A stretch of 31,776 bases of DNA from a virus. Its lineage: Duplodnaviria > Caudoviricetes. The notes below the pieces were generated by a model. It was given only the letters and a program-made list of their open reading frames with translations, was not told the origin of the DNA and did not search any database. Where the stretch lies: the IMG/VR virus record IMGVR_UViG_3300020203_000063, positions 1 through 31,776 of that record. One strand, 5' to 3'. The translations under genes and the position numbers were made by a program. This document shows positions 25,917 through 31,776 of this stretch, piece by piece (within the stretch, counting starts at the first letter, position 1; each line of letters opens with the position of its first letter).

Positions 25917-26518
25917 TCGGCTGCCTTCTCTTTGCGGATCGCCATTTCCAACTGGAAGATGGCATCGGTGGCGATGTGCGCCAGTTCCAGCAGCCCGGTC
26001 TCAGCGTCGCGGGCTCCCTCGTAGGTGCCGCTGCCGCCCAGCAGCACGGCCTTGGCCGCGCCCATCTGGTGCCGGTACATGGCCGCGCGGTAGCGGGGCT
26101 GGAAGGGCTCGACGCCCTGCCAGGAACCCCGGGTGTACGGCACGGGCAGCTTCTGCGTGACGGCCCACTGGAGCACTTCGGCCACGGCCTCAAGTGCATG
26201 CGGGCAGTCATCGAACAGCAGCGTCAGGTCCAACTTGCCCGTGTCATCCTTGCGCCCGGGGTACCTGGCCTTGGGGATGGGCACGGCTTCGGCTGTGTCG
26301 TCCTCGGGGCACACGGTGGGCGACAGGCTCAGGTGGTAGGCCAACTCCGCTGCGGTGGGGCTCTCGAAGTGAACCCCGCGTGTTATGCAGTTTGTCTCCC
26401 CGCAGATGGACCCGGTGGCGGCGGTTAGCACGCACTGCTCGCAGGGGGCACTGACGTACTTATCTGACACGGCCACCATAGTTCGGCCGTCATACATTTC
26501 GATTTTGCGCATGCTCAT
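25913..26518 (-). CDS. DUF5664-like (dATP/dGTP diphosphohydrolase N-terminal) domain protein with a Cys-rich N-terminal extension
   Basis: 'GRKDDTGKLDLTLL...ALEAVAEVLQW...Y..GSWQ...RYRAAMYRH...DAETGLLELAHIAT' follows the family pattern. Confidence 0.75.
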   Translation of the reverse strand: MSMRKIEMYDGRTMVAVSDKYVSAPCEQCVLTAATGSICGETNCITRGVHFESPTAAELAYHLSLSPTVCPEDDTAEAVPIPKARYPGRKDDTGKLDLTLLFDDCPHALEAVAEVLQWAVTQKLPVPYTRGSWQGVEPFQPRYRAAMYRHQMGAAKAVLLGGSGTYEGARDAETGLLELAHIATDAIFQLEMAIRKEKAAE

Positions 26519-26521
26519 CCT

Positions 26522-27301
26522 TCAGTTCGACAGCAGCGACTTGCGCTTCTGCTTCGTGTTCACCGTGTACCTGCCCCGGCTCCAGCCGCCGCAACTTGTG
26601 CACTGGTAGCGGGGGTACTGCCCGGTCTGCGTGGTGGCAAAGCCCCGCTGCTGCAACTTCGGGCTCAGGCACTTCGGGCAGCGCATGGTCTCGTCGTCGT
26701 CCAGCACGGCCAGGTTGGGGTGGCCTTCGATGTACGGGCGCAGCTTCAGGTACAAGGCTTCCGTGGCCTTCACGTCCTGCACGTTGTACTTGCGCATTTC
26801 AGCCCACGCCTTGGGGTTGTCCGCCAGGCACTCGGTCCACAACTCGAACCCCGGGAAGCTCTTGTGCTTGCTCTTGGGCGTGTCCGTGAGCACCGCCGAC
26901 AGCCACTCCAGTTTGTTGCTGGTGAACATGGCAACCTTCTTGGCTTCGACCATCGTGTCCACCACCTTGTAGGGGGTGGGGGGTGCGAAGCCCAGGGTCA
27001 GGAAGCGCGCGTTGATCTTGCGCACGTCGAAGCGGATGCCGTTCTGCGCGACGATGACGTCCGCGCTGTCCAGTTCTTTCCACAACTCCGACATGACAGC
27101 GCCGTCGTCATACAGGTCAACCTGGCCCGCCACGTCCATGTAGCGGATGGTCCTGTCCCCCAGCGTCTTCGCGCTGAAGCTAAGGACGGTCCAGTCGCGG
27201 ACGATCTGATTCAGGCCGACGTTCTGCTTCCACAGGGACCACACATAGGCCACGATGGGACTGGTTTCGATGTCCAGCGTGATGATCTTGGGTCCGGTCA
27301 A
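26522..27301 (-). CDS. DEDDy/RNase H-like 3'-5' exonuclease with a C-terminal zinc ribbon
   Basis: 'LDIET', 'QNGIRFD', 'YNVQDV' and CPKC...CTSC. TTG start with RBS AAGGAG. Confidence 0.88.
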   Translation of the reverse strand: MTGPKIITLDIETSPIVAYVWSLWKQNVGLNQIVRDWTVLSFSAKTLGDRTIRYMDVAGQVDLYDDGAVMSELWKELDSADVIVAQNGIRFDVRKINARFLTLGFAPPTPYKVVDTMVEAKKVAMFTSNKLEWLSAVLTDTPKSKHKSFPGFELWTECLADNPKAWAEMRKYNVQDVKATEALYLKLRPYIEGHPNLAVLDDDETMRCPKCLSPKLQQRGFATTQTGQYPRYQCTSCGGWSRGRYTVNTKQKRKSLLSN

Positions 27302-27669
27302 AGTGACTCCTTTGCTGCCGCCCGCGTCTTGCGGGCCTTGGCGTTGCGCGTGACGCGCTTCTCATCCGGCGTGCGGTGAGTCGGGTACAGCAGGCCATGC
27401 TGGGGCGTGGCGTGCTTCTGAAGGTAGGGGCCGGCGCCCATGAGGAACGCGGCCAGGTTCTGCACGCCGTAGCGGCGATACGAGTTCTCGATCTTTCCAA
27501 GGGTGGCATTGCACCCGCTGCACACCGTGTCCCGCAGTTGCCCGGTGGCGTGGTCGTGGTCGGCGGCGGGTCGGCGCACGGGAAGCTGACAGATGCCGCA
27601 GCGCCCGCCGTTCTTCGCCATACGCTCCGTGCGCCAGTCCCCCAGCGCCTTGACGGTCAGGCGTGTCAC
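27298..27669 (-). CDS. recombination endonuclease VII (Holliday junction resolvase, ~123 aa)
   Basis: 'CGIC...DHDHATGQLRDTVCSGCN'. GTG at 27669 overlaps the exonuclease stop. Confidence 0.9.
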   Translation of the reverse strand: MTRLTVKALGDWRTERMAKNGGRCGICQLPVRRPAADHDHATGQLRDTVCSGCNATLGKIENSYRRYGVQNLAAFLMGAGPYLQKHATPQHGLLYPTHRTPDEKRVTRNAKARKTRAAAKESL

Positions 27670-28607
27670 GTCTGCACTGCCGCCACGCGGTCCAGCAGGG
27701 GCAGCACCCCGGACAACAGCCCCGCCAGGGGGTTGCCGTCGCGGAACACGTCCCACCACTGGCTCTCGGGGTCACGGCGCATCCACAGCAGCACGCCCTG
27801 CTCTGCCATCTGCACGTCCCCGCCCTCGCCGTAGTGCCCCCGGTACAGCAGGCGCACGCTGGTGAAAGCGTCCTGCCCACACCGGACACCTTCCAGCAGA
27901 CTGGCCGCCGTTACGGGGCCGATCTTCTTCTGCTTGCCCTTGGCGTCCACCAGCCACGGCAAGCCGGGGATGTTGTCCGCGCTGTCCCCTTGCAGCATCT
28001 GGAGCCAGAACCACTTCTCGCCATAGACGGTGCCGTCCGGGTCCAGGGTCTCGAAGGCGCCAGGGGGCACCCACAGCATGCGGTGCTCGGTCCAGTGCAG
28101 GTGCCAGCCAGGCACCATGCGCATGTCCTTATCGCAGGTGTAGTGCACGCAGTTCTCGGCGCCCAGGCTCGTGGCGTTGGCGCCGAACAGGTCGTCCGCT
28201 TCGGCGTGCTCCACCGCCGTCACGTAGGTGTGCCCGCCAGGGATGGTGAAGCCCGGGGCCTGCATCGTCGTGCGCAGGTGGTCCCGGTTCTTCGGGCGGT
28301 GGCCGTGGTCCCGCCCGCCTTGGTAGGGCTTGGCCCGCGCGATGGCGAAGCGGTGGCCCTTGTGGCTGGCGTCGGCCGTGAGCAGGAAGCCCACGTTCGG
28401 GGCGCATGCGGCGCGCAGGGCGCTCTCGACGCGCTCACGCAGCTTGTGCCGCGCTTCGGCGGGGGTGGTGTCGTCGTTGCCGGCGCAGGCATAGGCCAGC
28501 GCGTCGGCATCCACCAGGAGCACCCGTCCAGGGACGGGCGCACCGGGCAGCATCGACACCGACCCCTCGACTTCCGCGATGGAAGCCGCCAGGTCGTCGG
28601 TCAGCAT
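27666..28607 (-). CDS. 5'-3' exonuclease (T7 gp6/FEN-like, ~313 aa)
   Basis: 'VDADALAY', 'EADD', 'DKDM', 'QMLQGDSADNIPG'. ATG at 28607 in a TGATG overlap; the ORF-track start at 28892 lies inside the upstream gene. Confidence 0.9.
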   Translation of the reverse strand: MLTDDLAASIAEVEGSVSMLPGAPVPGRVLLVDADALAYACAGNDDTTPAEARHKLRERVESALRAACAPNVGFLLTADASHKGHRFAIARAKPYQGGRDHGHRPKNRDHLRTTMQAPGFTIPGGHTYVTAVEHAEADDLFGANATSLGAENCVHYTCDKDMRMVPGWHLHWTEHRMLWVPPGAFETLDPDGTVYGEKWFWLQMLQGDSADNIPGLPWLVDAKGKQKKIGPVTAASLLEGVRCGQDAFTSVRLLYRGHYGEGGDVQMAEQGVLLWMRRDPESQWWDVFRDGNPLAGLLSGVLPLLDRVAAVQT

Positions 28608-29503
28608 CAGGTGCCGATGCCGCTCAGGGGGTCCGCGTCGTCGGCGCCCGCCGTGTCCGCCGCCTTGCCGGACTCGGCTGCCGGCAGGTCCAGCTTGACG
28701 CCACCCGCCGCCAGCAGTTGCTGGGTGGGGCTGCCCTCGAAGTTCAGGGCCTTCTTGATGGCCGCTTGGTAGATGTTTTTGCTGGCCGCTGCCTTCAGTA
28801 CCTTGCCGTCGTCGCCCTTGCGTTCTTCCCATTCGCCGTCCACGAAGATGGACTTCCACTGTGCCATGCTGGGCTTCTCCCACACGAAGCACTTGATGGG
28901 CGTGACGGCTTTCATCACCTGCAGGGTGATGATGTCCCCGGTCTCTGGGTCTTCGGTGCGCGGGGCTTCGATGGTGTACCCGGTTTCCTTGGACTTCAAC
29001 TCCGCCGCCTTGCCCTCGCTGCCGTCGGCTCGCTTGTAGGTGCGGTGGTAGATCACGCCCTTGAAAGCCTCACCCAGCAGGCCCACGATGTGCTTGGCCT
29101 TGCCCGCATAGTTCATGCGGGTGAACAGCTTCATGATGTTGGCTTTCTCGTTGCGAGAGAAGGGCATGTCCACGTACATGATGTGCGGGCGCGTGCTGCC
29201 GTCCTGATTGACGATGGGCGGGTGCTTCGGGCCGCTGACCTCGAACAGCAGGATGGCCGCCTCTTGCACCTTGTTCTTGCCCATCACCATCTTTTCGTGC
29301 TTGCCGGTCTCGACGTAGCCCACGAAGCGCAGGCGGCACGGGCCGGCTGCGGGCAGGGGGCGTTCGCCGCCGCCCGTCTGCGCCTTGGTCATGTCGATGC
29401 CGTACTCGCTGGCCAGGCCCTCGGCCAGGAGTGCGAAGTTGATGCTGTCCAGGTCTTCGTCGGCGGTCTTGTTCACGATGTCGGTCATGAGATTCCTTGT
29501 CAC
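28607..29503 (-). CDS. conserved phiKMV-like replication-module protein (298 aa), possibly ssDNA-binding
   Basis: Between polymerase and exonuclease; 'RLRFVGYVETGKH', 'LLGEAF', 'ALNFEGSP'; acidic C-terminal tail; RBS AAGGAA. Confidence 0.7.
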   Translation of the reverse strand: MTRNLMTDIVNKTADEDLDSINFALLAEGLASEYGIDMTKAQTGGGERPLPAAGPCRLRFVGYVETGKHEKMVMGKNKVQEAAILLFEVSGPKHPPIVNQDGSTRPHIMYVDMPFSRNEKANIMKLFTRMNYAGKAKHIVGLLGEAFKGVIYHRTYKRADGSEGKAAELKSKETGYTIEAPRTEDPETGDIITLQVMKAVTPIKCFVWEKPSMAQWKSIFVDGEWEERKGDDGKVLKAAASKNIYQAAIKKALNFEGSPTQQLLAAGGVKLDLPAAESGKAADTAGADDADPLSGIGT

Positions 29504-31776
29504 TTCTTCAGGTATGAGGGGACGTATCCCCGCATGTACGTGGCGCGCAGGTCGGTGCGCAGCACGGCGGCCCGTTCCTTGATGCCTGGAACCTTGTGTT
29601 CCTCAAGCATCGACGGGCCTTGGCTTGTGTCACTCGGTACGGGGACGGCCAGGGGCCAGTTGAAATACCATTCCATGAAGTCGCTGGCCGCTTCCATGCA
29701 CGCATGGAGCAGGGCTGCGGACTCGAAGGCCACACTGTCGTGGGCGTCCAGATAGCTTGCGTCGTGCACGGTGTTGACGATCAGCGCCTGGCCCCCGAAG
29801 TTGCCCCGGGCGTAGAAGGCGCGCACCGTCAGCCACATGGCTGCTTTCATGAACTCCGCACCCTCGCCCTGCACCACGTAGTTCTTTATTTCCGTGGGGC
29901 TGAAGCTGGTGTAGACAGCATCCTTGCGCTGTCGGCCGTTGCGGTCGCGGATCAGGAACTCAGGCGCCGGGTGCTCGCTGTAGCGATACAGCTTGCCGTC
30001 CGGTGTGCGGTACGTGGCTTCACCCAGGTGGCACATGATTCCCGGGATATCGGGATGGGGGATCACGCGGCCCGTCGGGTGCCGGTTTTCCTTGATGCGC
30101 CGGGTCAAGTCCTCGTAGTACGTGTCCACTTCTGGGTACTCGACGCTCTCGGCTTCGATCAGCGCCTGCACGTCTTCGATGGGCATGCCGGTGGTGGCCG
30201 CGATCTTGGCCGCGCCAGCGCCATAGGCCCGCTGGAAGCTGAACACCTTGGCACCCGTGCGCTTGTAGTCCCACTCGCTCACGGGCTCGATGCCCCGGGC
30301 CTCATCCCCCTTGCACAACAGCAGCACTTCAGCGTAGGTCTTGCCTTCTTTCACGGCCAGGCGCTTGACGTGCATGTCCAGGTTGGCGCGCAGGTCCGCG
30401 ATCAACTGCTTGCAGTCCGTCAGAATGGCCTGGATGTAGATTTCCAGGCTGCTGAAGTCGGACTGGATGATCTTGCCCGCCGCACCGAAGCGCGACGCCA
30501 GCACCGCCTTGACCCGGCTTTTGTTGCCCTTGGGCAGGTTTTGCAGGTTGGGGTTGCTGGCGCTGAAGCGCCCTGTCACCGTGCTGGTGTGATTCACGCT
30601 GTGGTGGATGATCCCGGCATCGCCCACCAGGGACAGCATGCCCTTGCGCTCCCCGGTGTCGGGGTCGGTGGTCAGGTAGTAGGTGCCCAAATCCTTGACC
30701 ATGCTTTGCAGCTTGGACAGGGCCTTGAGGAACGGGATGTTCCGCACACCCAGTTCCTCGATCACTTCGTCGTTGACCTTGTAGACACCGGGCTCGGTGG
30801 TGGCCCACGCCTTGCTCGGGGCGGTGAACCCCGCGAATGCGTGGAAGTCCTCACCCATGCGGGTCTTGGGCTTGGCGTGGTCCGGCACCTTGACCTTCTT
30901 GGACTTGGGCTCGCCCGCATTCTTGCCGCCCTTGAAGCGCAGCACGTTCAGCGGCGGGGGTTGATCCGTCGTCGGCCCCAGCACGCTCTGGCCGGCTGCC
31001 GGCTCGTGGCCTGCGTCGTCACAAAGCCAGCGGCTCTCATCCTTCTGCGCGTAGGCGTACTGCCCCACCGTCGCCCCTAGGGGGGCGTCGAACGTCCAGT
31101 TGCCATCGGCAAGCTGCCACTCTCGCCGGTCGTGCCGCACCTGGCCCCCGAAGATGAGCGCGGACTTGTGATGTCTGCTGGTCCACTTGAACTCGAACGG
31201 CAGGCCCTCGGGGACGTACTGCACCAGGCCCGCCTTGACATCCAGGATGCTGGCTTCAAGTTCGGCCGCGATGCTCAGGCCCAGGGGCAGGTCCACGAAC
31301 ATACCGTTGCGCTCGGCTTCGATGGTGAACAGCAGGCTGCCCATGTTCAACATCAGGCTCTTGAGTTGCCCGCATTCCCGCGCCCGCTTGATCTGCGCCA
31401 GCGCGATCTTCTCGGTATTCTCGACATCGCCCAACTGGTACGTGTCGGTCTCATCCGGCCCCCCGCACAGGTAGCGCAGCAGCAGGCCCTTGTCGATGTC
31501 GTTTGTCTCGACGCCCACCGCCCACAGGGCCTTCACTTCGTCCAGCTTGACGTTGCCGCCGTAGCGCGGGGCCACTTCGTCCAGACTGAGCATCTGGTCC
31601 CGCTGGGCCATGCCTTCGAGCAGGTATTCGGCAAGTTGGGAGCAGAAAATCTGCCCGCCTTCTGCGACCCAGGCCATCCACGCCGGCAGGTTGTCCGGGT
31701 GCTGCGCCAGCAGGTGCAGGATGTCGAATTTCCCGTTGAATGTCAGGATGACAGCGGGCCGCTTCGCCAGCAGTTC
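29500..31776 (-). CDS. family A DNA polymerase with 3'-5' exonuclease domain (5' end beyond the window)
   Basis: The frame stays open to 31776 (ELLAKRPAVILTFNGKFD, ExoII). Also 'TVTGRFSASNPNLQN', motif A 'DFSSLE', motif B 'RTGAKVFSFQRAYG', motif C 'VHDA'. Confidence 0.97.
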   Translation of the reverse strand, partial: ELLAKRPAVILTFNGKFDILHLLAQHPDNLPAWMAWVAEGGQIFCSQLAEYLLEGMAQRDQMLSLDEVAPRYGGNVKLDEVKALWAVGVETNDIDKGLLLRYLCGGPDETDTYQLGDVENTEKIALAQIKRARECGQLKSLMLNMGSLLFTIEAERNGMFVDLPLGLSIAAELEASILDVKAGLVQYVPEGLPFEFKWTSRHHKSALIFGGQVRHDRREWQLADGNWTFDAPLGATVGQYAYAQKDESRWLCDDAGHEPAAGQSVLGPTTDQPPPLNVLRFKGGKNAGEPKSKKVKVPDHAKPKTRMGEDFHAFAGFTAPSKAWATTEPGVYKVNDEVIEELGVRNIPFLKALSKLQSMVKDLGTYYLTTDPDTGERKGMLSLVGDAGIIHHSVNHTSTVTGRFSASNPNLQNLPKGNKSRVKAVLASRFGAAGKIIQSDFSSLEIYIQAILTDCKQLIADLRANLDMHVKRLAVKEGKTYAEVLLLCKGDEARGIEPVSEWDYKRTGAKVFSFQRAYGAGAAKIAATTGMPIEDVQALIEAESVEYPEVDTYYEDLTRRIKENRHPTGRVIPHPDIPGIMCHLGEATYRTPDGKLYRYSEHPAPEFLIRDRNGRQRKDAVYTSFSPTEIKNYVVQGEGAEFMKAAMWLTVRAFYARGNFGGQALIVNTVHDASYLDAHDSVAFESAALLHACMEAASDFMEWYFNWPLAVPVPSDTSQGPSMLEEHKVPGIKERAAVLRTDLRATYMRGYVPSYLKK

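Noticed and set aside
28608-28892. ORF-track N-terminal extensions (exonuclease to 28892; also 27759, 23307, 18279, 3297, 2523, 362)
   Set aside because: They overlap upstream genes or the terminator; internal starts with an RBS or stop-start coupling fit better.
25913-31776. 2-aminoadenine (Z) genome system
   Set aside because: Only a DUF5664-like gene is present. No purZ or HD-family dATPase is in the window, and the polymerase looks like the ordinary phiKMV type.
1-31776. CRISPR array, tRNA, integrase, intron/intein or diversity-generating retroelement
   Set aside because: I saw no repeat-spacer array, cloverleaf, recombinase, reverse transcriptase or intein motifs; the polymerase, RNAP and TerL frames are uninterrupted.

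Overview
A 31.8-kb, GC-rich piece of a T7-superfamily podophage genome (Autographiviridae, phiKMV-like layout with the RNA polymerase at the end of the replication module). All genes I can support are on the minus strand, tightly packed and often overlapping at ATGA/GTGA/TGATG junctions. In transcription order (right to left): family A DNA polymerase (5'-truncated), conserved protein with an acidic tail, 5'-3' exonuclease, endonuclease VII, DEDD/RNase H-like exonuclease, DUF5664-like dNTP diphosphohydrolase, orphan, single-subunit RNA polymerase, small protein, PA14-domain protein, small virion protein, portal, scaffold, major capsid, terminator, tail adaptor, enlarged nozzle, three internal virion (ejection) proteins, holin, TerS, TerL, GNAT acetyltransferase, two apparently paralogous small proteins (one with an Ig/SwmB-like domain), SAR endolysin, tail fibre and a small protein. 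Main observations: (1) the largest ejection protein looks polyvalent, with a GH73 hydrolase, an HExxH zincin and an ART-PolyVal-like ADP-ribosyltransferase domain on one chain; (2) adsorption genes are rearranged, with no gp17-type fibre at its usual locus, a ~220-aa nozzle insertion, a PA14 lectin gene and a relocated fibre; (3) the same 12-bp motif sits at two module boundaries and is a candidate phage promoter. All family calls come from motif recognition by eye; no database search was run.
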